This document shows positions 1-7,789 of a stretch of 35,714 nt of DNA, piece by piece. Under the pieces are notes generated by a model. It was not told the origin of the DNA and did no database searches. It was given only the letters and a program-made list of their open reading frames with translations. This DNA is from an uncultured Candidatus Saccharibacteria bacterium. Lineage in GTDB: Bacteria; Patescibacteriota; Minisyncoccia; Sungbacterales; SURF-37. The position numbers were made by a program, and so were the translations under genes. The DNA is taken from NCBI GenBank assembly GCA_964373495.1, contig CAYJUW010000002.1, forward strand, positions 1 to 35,714. The letters run 5' to 3'. Position 1 is the stretch's first letter. Each line of letters starts with the position of its first letter.

Positions 1-70
1 CAATGGCCAAATCGTGCGCTTTTTTCAGCGCCTCCTGGGCTTTGATGGTGAAGTTGTTAAACGGAGTCAT
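1..70 (-). CDS. Clp/Hsp100-family ATPase, first 23 codons only (gene runs off left edge)
   Basis: Minus-strand ATG at 70-68 reads MTPFNNFTIKAQEALKKAHDLAI, a typical Clp_N opening (F-T-x-K-A-Q-x-A-L). Too short to name the paralogue. Confidence 0.4.
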   Translation of the reverse strand, partial: MTPFNNFTIKAQEALKKAHDLAI

Positions 71-115
71 AGGCGAAGGTTACAAAGGTGACAAAGGCCG
101 CAAAGGGGACAAAGG
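71..115. repeat. 5 x 9-bp phased tandem repeat (AGGCGAAGG TTACAAAGG TGACAAAGG CCGCAAAGG GGACAAAGG) abutting the clp start codon
   Basis: Read directly. The period is exactly 9 nt and the repeat ends at the ATG (70). It also creates the spurious GDKG-rich + ORF 3..218. Confidence 0.8.
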
Positions 116-214
116 AGTGTTGACGCATTCGTTGCTACCAACACACGCATTGCCCTGTTTCGCCTCCAGGGTAGCAAAAATTTTTCTAGGGATCAAGTCC
201 AAATTTTACCCGAA

Positions 215-248
215 CTAAAAAGAAAGCGGGGAGCACGAAGCTCCCCGC
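215..248 (-). terminator. Rho-independent terminator of the 261..638 gene
   Basis: GCGGGGAGC-ACGA-GCTCCCCGC hairpin (225-248). On the minus strand it is followed by TTTCTTTTT. Confidence 0.75.
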
Positions 249-260
249 GCAGCCCAGCGC

Positions 261-638
261 TCACTTGAGCGCCATCTTCAGGAGCACCTCCGAATCCACC
301 CAGTGCTTACCGGTGATGATGACCTCGCCCTCCGGCAGCTCTCCCGTCAGGAGGACAACCCGGATCTGGGGATACTGTTCGGCGACCTTATGCGCCTCCC
401 GGAGCATCCCGCGGGTGAGGTAGATGACCGTCCCGCGCCCGTCGAGCCAGCTGAGTGCCTCCTCGTTATTCGTCACGATCCGAACCTCGGCGGCTGGCTT
501 CTCTTGCTGGGTGTACCAGTCCTTATCCTTCGCCCGCGAGAGTAAGTCCTGGAAGCTCCGGGCAATATTGTCGTAGCTCCCCTTCTCGGCTGACAGGTCA
601 CCCCAACCGCCTGCATTGACGATCACTACCTTCCGCAT
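261..638 (-). CDS. Hypothetical protein (125 aa)
   Basis: Intact ORF with AAGGAGG 6 nt upstream of the ATG and a terminator downstream. No motif recognised. Confidence 0.6.
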   Translation of the reverse strand: MRKVVIVNAGGWGDLSAEKGSYDNIARSFQDLLSRAKDKDWYTQQEKPAAEVRIVTNNEEALSWLDGRGTVIYLTRGMLREAHKVAEQYPQIRVVLLTGELPEGEVIITGKHWVDSEVLLKMALK

Positions 639-737
639 CGTACTGCCTCCTTTTGTGCGATTCGGTTAGTGAATCAGTACCAAAGGAAAGAACGTATGTC
701 AAACAGCGTCGCCGAGATCCCTCGCCGCGCTCGGGAT

Positions 738-784
738 GAAGCATTGGTCGTTGCTCGCGCTCCGCGCTCGCAAACCAATGCTTC
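738..784 (-). terminator. 11-bp-stem hairpin overlapping the htrA stop codon (possible terminator, no T-run)
   Basis: GAAGCATTGGT (738-748) pairs with ACCAATGCTTC (774-784). Confidence 0.3.
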
Positions 785-2024
785 ACTTCCGCTCCTCCAG
801 GGTGACCGCGAGGGTGAGGGTTTCTCCTCCGCGCTGGACCTTCAGGGTCACGCGGTCGCCGACCTTCCGTTCGCCGATGAGCGCGGCCAGGGTTCTCGTC
901 ACCTCGATCCGCTCGCCGTTGAATTCCAGAATGATGTCCCCCTCGCGGAGCCCGGCTTTGTCCGCCGGGCTACCTTTGACCACGGCCGGCTCAGCCGGCC
1001 TTGAACGTGACGGAGGGTTCCCGACGACGTAGGCGCCGTACTCAACCGGGAGCTTGCGTTCGGTCGCGATCTCTCTGTTCACCAGCACGTAGCGGATGCC
1101 GAGGAAGGGGTAGATAATGCGGCCGACCGATTTCACGCTCTCAATATCGCGTTTGGCTTTGTTGATGGGGTAGGCGAACCCGACGTTCTCGGCCCCCTGG
1201 GCCATGGCGGTATTGATGCCGATAACCTCGCCCCGGAGGTCGAGAAGCGGCCCCCCGGAGTTGCCGGGATTGATGGCCGCGTCGGTCTGAATCAGCTCCT
1301 GGAGCGACTCCGGGCCGGTCTCAGCACCGGTGGCCACGATCGTCCGCTGCAGTCCCGAGATAACGCCGACCGATACCGTGTTCCGGAACTCGCCAAGCGT
1401 ATTGCCGATGGCGATGACCGTCTGGCCGACTTCCGCCTTCGCGGAGTCGCCGAGCGTGACCGTGGCCAGACCGCTCCGCTCCACCTTCAGCACCGCGAGG
1501 TCCTGCGCCGGATCGCGCGCGAGCACTTTAGCCGGCAGTTTCGCGCCGTCGTTGAGAAACACCGTGTACTCGGCCGCGGCATCGGCCACGACGTGCTTAT
1601 TGGTCAGTATCAACCCGTCGGGAGAAACAATGAATCCGCTGCCGGCGCCAACCTCCTGGCGCTGGGTGCCCCGAGAGCGGAACTGCGGAATACTAAACTC
1701 CCGGAAGAAGGGATCGCCCTCGAAGGGATTGATGAAAAACTGCTCCACCACCGGCACGTCCTTGGTGGCCACAATGGATACGACCGCCGGCGCGACGCGC
1801 TTGACCACGGCGACCACGAGCTCGTCGGAGGAGAGTACCCGCTCGGAGATTTCTCTTTCCGAGGGGCCGCCGGCCGGCGCGGCGCGCTCAACGATCCGCT
1901 CCGCGACCTGGCTCGGCTTTTCGCCGGTGAGGAGGCCGAAGGCCAGCACCGAGACGAGGAGCGCGGTAGCTGCCGAAGTCCCGATGACAACGAGGAGGAG
2001 TTGGCGAGGAGTTAGGTTGCCCAT
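783..2024 (-). CDS. htrA: HtrA/DegP-family serine protease with N-terminal TM anchor and C-terminal PDZ domain
   Basis: 413-aa ORF. Trypsin-like motifs (TNKHV, DLAVLKV, GNSGGPLLD) and a PDZ-like tail (GSPADKAGLREGDIILEFNG). Confidence 0.9.
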   Translation of the reverse strand: MGNLTPRQLLLVVIGTSAATALLVSVLAFGLLTGEKPSQVAERIVERAAPAGGPSEREISERVLSSDELVVAVVKRVAPAVVSIVATKDVPVVEQFFINPFEGDPFFREFSIPQFRSRGTQRQEVGAGSGFIVSPDGLILTNKHVVADAAAEYTVFLNDGAKLPAKVLARDPAQDLAVLKVERSGLATVTLGDSAKAEVGQTVIAIGNTLGEFRNTVSVGVISGLQRTIVATGAETGPESLQELIQTDAAINPGNSGGPLLDLRGEVIGINTAMAQGAENVGFAYPINKAKRDIESVKSVGRIIYPFLGIRYVLVNREIATERKLPVEYGAYVVGNPPSRSRPAEPAVVKGSPADKAGLREGDIILEFNGERIEVTRTLAALIGERKVGDRVTLKVQRGGETLTLAVTLEERK

Positions 2025-2028
2025 GAGA

Positions 2029-2200
2029 AAAATCCCAATTTCTAAATCCTAACAGAAACGAATCTCTAAATCCTAATCTCTAATCTCTAAATACGTTCAA
2101 AACCCAAATCTCAAAGTGTTTTGAATTTTTAAATTTGAGATTGTTTAGAGATTAGAAATTATTTGGCAGTTCGGATTTCGTGCTTTGGATTTATGCGCAG
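2029..2200. repeat. AT-rich intergenic module A: inverted arrays of degenerate heptads (CTAAATC/CTAATCT .. TTTAGAG/ATTAGAA)
   Basis: Arms TCTAATCTCTAAA / TTTAGAGATTAGA, CAAATCTCAAA / TTTGAGATT and TTCAAAAC / GTTTTGAA. Shares CTCTAAATCCTAATCTC (2064-2080) with 7101-7117, and TCGGATTTCGTGCTT (2171-2185) with modules E and F. Confidence 0.75.
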
Positions 2201-2264
2201 GTATTATGCATCGCCAAAATTACAAAGGCAACCTCCCGCTGTGCGCTCGCGGTCAGAACCCTAG

Positions 2265-2501
2265 CTAGGCCACGGCTTCCACGCTCTTGACGCCCGGCAC
2301 CTTCTCCCGTAACAGCTCCTCCACGCCGGCCTTGAGCGTGAGCTGGGAGAGCGGGCAGCCGCGGCACGTCCCGAGCATCCGGACTTTGACCACGCCCTCC
2401 TGAAAACCGACGAACTCAATGTTGCCGGCGTGGCGCGCCAGCATGGGACGAATTTCATCCAATGCCGCACTGATTTTTGCAAGTGACTCCTCTGCGGTCA
2501 T
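2265..2501 (-). CDS. Nfu/NifU C-terminal-domain Fe-S cluster carrier (78 aa)
   Basis: IRPMLARHAGNIEFVGFQEGVVKVRMLGTCRGCPLSQLTLK contains the CxxC Nfu signature. Start taken at MTAEES (2501). Confidence 0.85.
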   Translation of the reverse strand: MTAEESLAKISAALDEIRPMLARHAGNIEFVGFQEGVVKVRMLGTCRGCPLSQLTLKAGVEELLREKVPGVKSVEAVA

Positions 2502-2504
2502 GGT

Positions 2505-2600
2505 AAGTAATGGAAAATGTAAAATGAAAATATCAAAATGACAGATCAAAATTTAAAATTTTGCATTGCCATTTTGGATTTTGATATTTGAATTTTGAAT
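2505..2600. repeat. AT-rich intergenic module B (imperfect hairpin AAATATCAAAAT .. ATTTTGATATTT)
   Basis: Read directly. AT-rich spacer between two minus-strand genes. Confidence 0.6.
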
Positions 2601-2813
2601 TCATAAGATGAGGTGTCGGAACTTGGCGACCAGGAGCATCGCGATAATGCCCCACGCGATCGAAAAGAGCGTTACGATCCTCCCCTCTCGCTTGAGCTCG
2701 GGTTCGGAGCGCATGACCAGGCCGAGAATAAGCCCGGAGAACATCGGGTTCAAGATGGCGATGATCACTGACCAGAAAAAGAAACGATTTTTGCGAATGG
2801 TTGCTCTTTCCAT
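2601..2813 (-). CDS. Small two-TM membrane protein (70 aa), hypothetical
   Basis: ORF with two hydrophobic segments. Start taken at MERATI. Confidence 0.5.
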   Translation of the reverse strand: MERATIRKNRFFFWSVIIAILNPMFSGLILGLVMRSEPELKREGRIVTLFSIAWGIIAMLLVAKFRHLIL

Positions 2814-2839
2814 GCTATGCCGCAAAGTCCTAAGCGCGA

Positions 2840-2978
2840 ACTAATTTCCAATTTTCAATAACCAATTTTCAATCAATTTTCAATGCTTAAATTTTCAAAC
2901 CCGTTAATTGAAAATTGGTTAATTGGAGCTTGATTGATAATTGATAATTTTTGAAGTTTGTTTAGGGTTTAGGGTTTC
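2840..2978. repeat. AT-rich intergenic module C: phased ~12-nt CAATTTTCAAT repeats plus inverted arm, ending in TTTAGGGTTTAGGGTTTC
   Basis: CCAATTTTCAAT recurs four times with a period of about 12 nt. Inverted arm is TTAATTGAAAATTGG. The terminal 18-mer (2961-2978) overlaps the sod stop codon and is identical to 10673-10690. Confidence 0.75.
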
Positions 2979-3556
2979 ACAAAGCGGGATTCTACCATTC
3001 TCCAATCAATGGCTCGGAAGAACGCTTCGATGTAGTCGGCCTTCTTGATGCCGTAATCGAGCGTGTAGGCGTGCTCAAAGACATCGAGCACGAGGAGCGG
3101 AACCGCTCCGGCCAGGTGCCCTTGGTCGTGCTCGTTCACCCAGACGTTGAAAATCTGGTGACCAACCGGATCGTAATACAGGATCGCCCAACCGATGCCG
3201 CGCATCGCGCTGACCGCGCGAAAATCCTTTTCCCAGTTTTCGTGGGTGCCGTAGGCCTCTTTGAGGCGTACGCTAAGCGGCCCTTCGCCGATAGGTGGAG
3301 TGGCCGTCTTTGCCATATTACCGAAATAAAGCTCGTGCAACCGCATCCCGTTAAACTCCCACCCGAATCGCCGCGTGAGCTCGGCATATACGGGGGCCCC
3401 GGTCTTGCCGTCCCGGAGTAGCGCGTCGAGCTCCTCGTTCAGGGTATTGACGTTCTTCACGTAGCCCTGATAGAGCGTGAAGTGGTTCTTCAGCAATTGG
3501 TCGCTGAACCCGGGAGTTCCTAGAAGGTGTTCAAAGTTTTTGGGCTGATAAGACAT
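2969..3556 (-). CDS. sod: Fe/Mn superoxide dismutase
   Basis: HFTLYQGYV, WEFNGMRLHELYF, AWAILYYD and DVFEHAYTLDYG are classic Fe/Mn-SOD blocks. Start taken at MSYQPK. Confidence 0.9.
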   Translation of the reverse strand: MSYQPKNFEHLLGTPGFSDQLLKNHFTLYQGYVKNVNTLNEELDALLRDGKTGAPVYAELTRRFGWEFNGMRLHELYFGNMAKTATPPIGEGPLSVRLKEAYGTHENWEKDFRAVSAMRGIGWAILYYDPVGHQIFNVWVNEHDQGHLAGAVPLLVLDVFEHAYTLDYGIKKADYIEAFFRAIDWRMVESRFVKP

Positions 3557-3657
3557 AGTTTTTAATTTTCCAATTATCAACTTTCAATTTTCAATAAATT
3601 TTTAATGATTCAATTTTCAACCAATTTGAAAATTGAAAATTGGTCATTGAAAATTCT
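3557..3657. repeat. AT-rich intergenic module D (TTTCAATTTTCAAT arrays with inverted arm TTGAAAATTGAAAATTGG)
   Basis: Read directly. Uses the same word family as module C. Confidence 0.7.
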
Positions 3658-3981
3658 TTACGGGTATATTTGGTTCCCCTCCTCATCATAGACGATAATG
3701 GCTTGGGTTGGACAGCTCTTGGCCGCGAGGAGCAGCGTCTCATCGTCAATCACCTGATCCTCCAAGTCCTTGCGTTCAGTCGGATCAGAGGTGGGCGGCG
3801 GCTGTTTTCGACGGAGCACGGCCTTGTTTTCCGGATCCAACTCAAAGGTCGAGGGCGCCACGGCCACGCAGGAGGCCGCGCCAATGCAGAGGTTGCGGTC
3901 AACCATGATCTTCCCGATGCGGAGGGGCTTCTTTCGCTCCGCCGGGATGCCGTCAGACGAATGCGGTGTTTGACTCTCCAT
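3658..3981 (-). CDS. Ferredoxin (single-cluster 4Fe-4S type)
   Basis: VDRNLCIGAASCVAVAP .. AAKSCPTQAI matches the single-cluster ferredoxin pattern. Confidence 0.75.
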   Translation of the reverse strand: MESQTPHSSDGIPAERKKPLRIGKIMVDRNLCIGAASCVAVAPSTFELDPENKAVLRRKQPPPTSDPTERKDLEDQVIDDETLLLAAKSCPTQAIIVYDEEGNQIYP

Positions 3982-4036
3982 CGTAGGTAGGTTATACTCT
4001 TCCCGAAAAGCTCTCTAGCACTAAGGAGGTTTCTCG

Positions 4037-4435
4037 ATGAGCGCTTGGGTTACGATCGCCATCCTCGGAATCATCCTCCATCTCGCCATCATAGCCCTTA
4101 ACTGCGCGTTTGGCCTCTATACCCTCTTCGCTGAACCGAGAGCCGCGCCGGCGAACAGGAAGGAGCGCGTACTGGTCGCTCTCTTCGGCCTCCAGGGAAC
4201 GCTCATGCTGAAACTCGATGAATGGGCTAACCGGAGCATCCGGCGTATGCTCGTCATGACGGTTGTATTCTTCGGCGTACTAATCGGCCTCCTTGCCGTT
4301 GCCCTAGCCACCACCGCGCGTTACGGAAGCGAAGCGGGGCTCACGACGACGGTGATCTGCATGACACTGTTGGTCAGCGCTCTCGGGGGTATACTGATGG
4401 TGGGGTGGCAAAAGCGCCTCGTAAGGGAGCGGTGA
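4037..4435 (+). CDS. Hypothetical multi-TM membrane protein (132 aa)
   Basis: AAGGAGG 7 nt upstream of the ATG. Four hydrophobic helices. Confidence 0.6.
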   Translation: MSAWVTIAILGIILHLAIIALNCAFGLYTLFAEPRAAPANRKERVLVALFGLQGTLMLKLDEWANRSIRRMLVMTVVFFGVLIGLLAVALATTARYGSEAGLTTTVICMTLLVSALGGILMVGWQKRLVRER

Positions 4436-4460
4436 AAGATCCACCGCTCCATTTATATAT

Positions 4461-5264
4461 TTACCCGTAATATTTGTCTTTATAAAACCGAATCAGCTGC
4501 TCAACCTCGGTGATGATCTCCGGCGAGCCAATGCCGACCTTCAACTTCTGCTGCACGCTATCGAGATCCGTGGCCCCTTCCAGCACCGCCTCCTCAATGT
4601 CATGATCGGTGATATTCAACTTCGGATCAATGACCCGCGCCCCCTCCACGATGACCCGCCCGTGCTGGCCGGTGCGATGGAAATAGTCATTGGCCGCCTT
4701 GCGAAAGGCCTTATCCGCCAGCACCGAGCAATGGATCTTGCGGTTCGGCAGTCCGCCCAGGCGCTCCATGATGTGCTGCGGCCTGACCTGCAAGGCCTCG
4801 GCAATCGGCATCCCGTCGTTTTCGGTAACCATGACGGAAAAAATTGACGTTGCACTAATTGCGGACGCGCACCCGAACGTACGCCATTTCAATTCCTTGA
4901 TCCGCTCCGTCTCCGGCTCGATCTTCAGCCACATGACCATGAGGTCGCCGCACGCTGGGCTCCCGACCATACCCTTGGCGCTGTACGCGCCCTCGTCGGG
5001 ATCCTCCAGCATTAAATTCCGCGGATTGAAAAAGTGGTCCTTGACGATCGGCGAATAGTACCACTTCTCACCGGTGAACTGGTTGACGACGTCAATCGGC
5101 GCTGGCGGCTCACCAGCCCGCCCCGCCCCGTTAGAAATATCATTTCTAACGGGGCCCGCGCTAACCGAAGCCGCTGCCGAGGTTTGCTGCAGGGCGGACC
5201 GGTTGACGACGTCAACCGGCGATGGGGCAGCGTCCGATGGCTGGTTGTCGTGTTCTGCGCTCAT
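4461..5264 (-). CDS. nifU: NifU/IscU-type Fe-S scaffold with repeat-derived N-terminal extension and cysteine-less BFD-like C-terminal domain
   Basis: IscU core (VKDHFFNPRN, SPACGD, GCASAI, HCSVLA). About 75 aa precede the usual start. The tail ITDHDIEEAVLEGATDLDSVQQKLKVGIGSP resembles a BFD-like domain without its Cys ligands. Confidence 0.85.
   Translation of the reverse strand: MSAEHDNQPSDAAPSPVDVVNRSALQQTSAAASVSAGPVRNDISNGAGRAGEPPAPIDVVNQFTGEKWYYSPIVKDHFFNPRNLMLEDPDEGAYSAKGMVGSPACGDLMVMWLKIEPETERIKELKWRTFGCASAISATSIFSVMVTENDGMPIAEALQVRPQHIMERLGGLPNRKIHCSVLADKAFRKAANDYFHRTGQHGRVIVEGARVIDPKLNITDHDIEEAVLEGATDLDSVQQKLKVGIGSPEIITEVEQLIRFYKDKYYG
5081..5221. repeat. 21-nt direct repeats GGTTGACGACGTCAAYCGGCG (5081-5101, 5201-5221), 120 nt apart, bracketing the palindrome inside nifU
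   Basis: Read directly, one mismatch. They encode the duplicated peptide P-x-P-(V/I)-DVVN. Confidence 0.85.
5126..5154. repeat. Palindromic repeat copy 1: CCCCGTTAGAAAT-ATC-ATTTCTAACGGGG (inside nifU CDS)
   Basis: 13-bp perfect arms. Translated in frame as GPVRNDISNGAG. Confidence 0.9.
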
Positions 5265-5329
5265 GGTAGAATGGACTACAGAGTACGGAATGGAGCTAAG
5301 GCAACAACTCCGCCGCTGGGAGGTGTCCC

Positions 5330-5590
5330 GTGCCGCTCATATCAAGTGACCGCTCATTCTTCGATAAGGTCGTAGCCGGAAAAGGCCGCGCGCCGGGGGA
5401 TATCCATGCCGATGCCGCAGCCGAGTTCACCACCGGAGATGGAGAACGCGCCTACGCCGTCCTCTATCCCTTCGACCGCGGCGTGGTACGCCAGCTCCTC
5501 GCGAACACCCGAGGTATCGTCTGGCACTACGCCAGCGCCACGTTCCAAGGCCTCTTCCCGGAGTTCTTTCCCACCGCAGCAGTGGCCTAG
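5330..5590 (+). CDS. Hypothetical protein (86 aa, GTG start)
   Basis: GGGAGGTG 5 nt upstream of the GTG. G/C-dominated third positions on this strand. Its own terminator begins at the stop codon. Preferred over the same-phase antisense ORF 5354..5593. Confidence 0.5.
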   Translation: MPLISSDRSFFDKVVAGKGRAPGDIHADAAAEFTTGDGERAYAVLYPFDRGVVRQLLANTRGIVWHYASATFQGLFPEFFPTAAVA

Positions 5591-5616
5591 CACCGGCCCT
5601 GCTGCTTTTATTTGTT
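5576..5616 (+). terminator. Rho-independent terminator of 5330..5590
   Basis: GCAGCAG(T)GGCC-TAGCACC-GGCCCTGCTGC followed by TTTTATTTGTT. The stop codon lies in the loop. Confidence 0.7.
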
Positions 5617-5781
5617 CGTTTCCGACGTTGCGTCGGAGCTGCGAACAGATACCCCCTCTTTTCGCGCCGGATCAGGCGCATTGAATTTTCAAACCGGTTT
5701 TCCTTCTCTCCCCATTCCCGTTCATAGAGCGGCAGCGCAAAAGGTGGGGGTGAACAACCGCAAGCCGCAAGCGTGTGCGGC

Positions 5782-5806
5782 TACCGCACCGCTTGCGGTG
5801 CGGTTA
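5782..5806. repeat. Hairpin repeat family 2, copy 1: TACCGCACCGC-TT-GCGGTGCGGTTA
   Basis: Near-identical copy at 9525-9550. Sits between the convergent 5330..5590 and nifS genes. Confidence 0.8.
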
Positions 5807-5821
5807 TTCATTTCTCCTTGT

Positions 5822-7096
5822 CTATTTATACGAACGCCCGCCGACTTTCACTCTAGCGCCCTGGCCGGCAAACGCTTCCGGATGGGAAATGATCTTCTGC
5901 CCCACCTCCATCCGCACGGGCGAAATTTGCCTAAGCTTCTCAACGATGCCGGGCAGTACGGCCATCACGTAATCCAAATCCTCCTTTGCGGTCGAGCGCC
6001 CGAGCGTGAACCGAAGCGAGCTATGCGCGTACTCGTAGGGCTTGCCGAGGGCCAAGATCACGTGCGACGGGTCAAGCGTGATGGAGGTGCAGGCCGAGCC
6101 GGTGGAAATGGCAATGCCCTTGGCGTCAAGGTACAAAATCACGGCCTCGCCCTCGATATCTAGAATCGAGACATTGATGTTATTGGGTAGGCGCTTTGTC
6201 GGATGGCCATTGAGGACGGTCTTGGGAATTTCGGTGATGAGCCGCCTCATAAAATAATCGCGGAGTTCGGCGAGGCGCCCTGATTCCTGCTCGCGCTCCT
6301 GCTCGGCAATCTCCAGGGCCTTGGCAAAGCCCACGATGCCCGGCACGTTTTCGGTGCCGGAACGCAGATTTTTCTCCTGGCCGCCGCCCTGAAATATGGG
6401 CTTCAGCCGAACCCCGGAGCGGACCAAGAGGCAACCCGAGCCCTTGGGCCCGTAGATCTTCCCGCCGTTCAAGCTCATCAAGTCCACGCCGAGCTTGGCA
6501 ACGTCAAGCTCAAGGTACCCGGCGGCCTGTGAGGCATCGCAGTGGAAGTATAGAGGTAGCGGATTGCCCAATACACTTCTCTCTTTTCTTATTTCTCTTA
6601 TCTCTTTTCCTATCTCACCAATCGGCTGAATCGTCCCGATCTCGTTATTGGCATACATCACCGAGACCAGGAGCGTATCCGGCCGAATTGCACGGCGAAC
6701 CGTTTCGGGGTCAATGATGCCGTCTTCCCCAACCGGCAGGTACGTCACCCGCCACCCCTCGCGCTCGAGCGCCTCAAACGACCGCAGGCCGGCGTGGTGC
6801 TCGAAGGAAGTCGTCATGAGATGTTTCGCCGCGCCTTTACAAAGCGCCGCCGCGCCAAAAATCGCAATGTTGTCGGCTTCCGTGCTGCCGGCGGTGAACA
6901 CAATCTCATCAGGCCGGCAATGCAAAATCCGGGCCACGGTCTCGCGCGCCTGATCCACGGCATCCTTGGCCAAGCGCCCCTGGCGGTAAAGGGTCGATGG
7001 ATTGCCGTAGACCACATCCCCGTACGGCTCCATCGCCGCCTTCACGCGCGGGTCAAGGGGCGTAGTGGCCGCATGGTCAAGATAGATCTCTCTCAT
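5822..7096 (-). CDS. nifS: Cysteine desulfurase (NifS/IscS class V aminotransferase)
   Basis: YLDHAATTP, SGGTEA-like STEADN, NNEIGTIQP, HCDASQAAG, RSGTENVPGIVG and active-site loop STGSACTS. Confidence 0.93.
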   Translation of the reverse strand: MREIYLDHAATTPLDPRVKAAMEPYGDVVYGNPSTLYRQGRLAKDAVDQARETVARILHCRPDEIVFTAGSTEADNIAIFGAAALCKGAAKHLMTTSFEHHAGLRSFEALEREGWRVTYLPVGEDGIIDPETVRRAIRPDTLLVSVMYANNEIGTIQPIGEIGKEIREIRKERSVLGNPLPLYFHCDASQAAGYLELDVAKLGVDLMSLNGGKIYGPKGSGCLLVRSGVRLKPIFQGGGQEKNLRSGTENVPGIVGFAKALEIAEQEREQESGRLAELRDYFMRRLITEIPKTVLNGHPTKRLPNNINVSILDIEGEAVILYLDAKGIAISTGSACTSITLDPSHVILALGKPYEYAHSSLRFTLGRSTAKEDLDYVMAVLPGIVEKLRQISPVRMEVGQKIISHPEAFAGQGARVKVGGRSYK

Positions 7097-7240
7097 GAAA
7101 CTCTAAATCCTAATCTCGAAATCCTAAACAAATTCAAAACTCGAAATTCTAAAGCTCCAAACATGAGTTTTGAATTTATGATTTTGATCATTGAGGTTTG
7201 TTTCGAATTTCGTATTTCGTGCTTCGGATCCCGCGAAGCA
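7097..7240. repeat. AT-rich intergenic module E (shares 17-mer with module A; TTCAAAACTC .. GAGTTTTGAA hairpin; TTTCGAATTTCGTATTTCGTGCTTCGGAT array)
   Basis: CTCTAAATCCTAATCTC at 7101-7117. The array overlaps the last codons and stop of the Rrf2 gene (…RSTKYEIRNKPQ*). Confidence 0.75.
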
Positions 7241-7508
7241 CGGGGCAAAATTTATGAATGGGGCTGTAGAAATTGATGAGCGCCTGAACCGATACAGCGG
7301 CGCCATTCCCCTTGATGCGGTACCCGCCGCCCGGCCCCTTTCGCGCTTCGAGCCACCCGGCGTGTTTTAATTCCTGGGCCACCTTCTCAAGATAGGCCGC
7401 GGGCAGGCCGCGGGTTTTGGCAATCGCTCCGATAGCTGCGAAATCGCCGCCCTGCTCTTTGAGACAGCCGACGAGGGCAAGGGCATAGTCAAATCGCTTT
7501 TTGCCCAT
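7188..7508 (-). CDS. Rrf2-family transcriptional regulator (IscR-like position upstream of nifS)
   Basis: KRFDYALALVGCL, wHTH IAKTRGLPAAYLEKVAQELKHAGWLEARKGPGGGYRI. Start taken at MGKKRF. Confidence 0.85.
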   Translation of the reverse strand: MGKKRFDYALALVGCLKEQGGDFAAIGAIAKTRGLPAAYLEKVAQELKHAGWLEARKGPGGGYRIKGNGAAVSVQALINFYSPIHKFCPVLRGIRSTKYEIRNKPQ

Positions 7509-7567
7509 GTTATCGAAATTTTCGAGCCCCGCATGTAGCGAAGAAAATTTCGCCACAAAATGGAGCG

Positions 7568-7676
7568 CCCCCACTTTTAAGAGCGGTGCGGGGTCAATGG
7601 TGTAACTCTGCCTATAGTTTCTGCGGGATTCATATTGCTATGCGATTTGAGTTCCTACCGTCTCTAAAAGTGGGGG
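7568..7676. repeat. 15-16-nt inverted repeat CCCCCACTTTTAAGAG .. CTCTAAAAGTGGGGG enclosing ~78 nt upstream of the Rrf2 gene
   Basis: Read directly (one indel). Function unknown. Confidence 0.5.
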
Positions 7677-7789
7677 TAAAGGTTTGGCAGCTGCGATTTC
7701 CCCGCCTTTGGCTCGAAATCGCAGGCCAAATTCCTTAATTTCGGATAAATATAGTCCGATTATAGCCGCCCCAAGACCTTTGGCAAGTG

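Noticed and set aside
3-218. Plus-strand ORF with collagen-like GEGYKGDKGRKGDKG sequence
   Set aside because: It is an artefact of translating the 9-bp tandem repeat at 71-115. The minus strand carries a convincing clp start at 70 and a terminator at 215-248.
1330-2052. Long antisense or alternative-frame ORFs throughout the window (e.g. 1330..2052, 6794..7276, 7925..8608, 15042..15581, 15612..16124, 21113..21715, 22238..22903, 24123..24785, 27616..28155, 28285..28902, 29332..29928, 30691..31230, 33274..33765, 35145..35645)
   Set aside because: These are shadow ORFs typical of GC-rich coding DNA. Each overlaps a gene with clear family motifs. They are Arg/Ala/Pro/Gly-rich and lack ribosome-binding sites.
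2961-2978. TTTAGGGTTTAGGG, identical to the plant-type telomere repeat (also at 10673-10690)
   Set aside because: There are only two units. They are embedded in the heptad-array modules and one overlaps a stop codon. Nothing indicates a linear replicon end.
5354-5593. Minus-strand 79-aa ORF that would sit neatly between nifS and nifU
   Set aside because: Third-position bias favours the plus strand. So do the SD-GTG start at 5330 and a plus-strand terminator whose loop contains the stop codon. The co-directional reading is therefore less likely.
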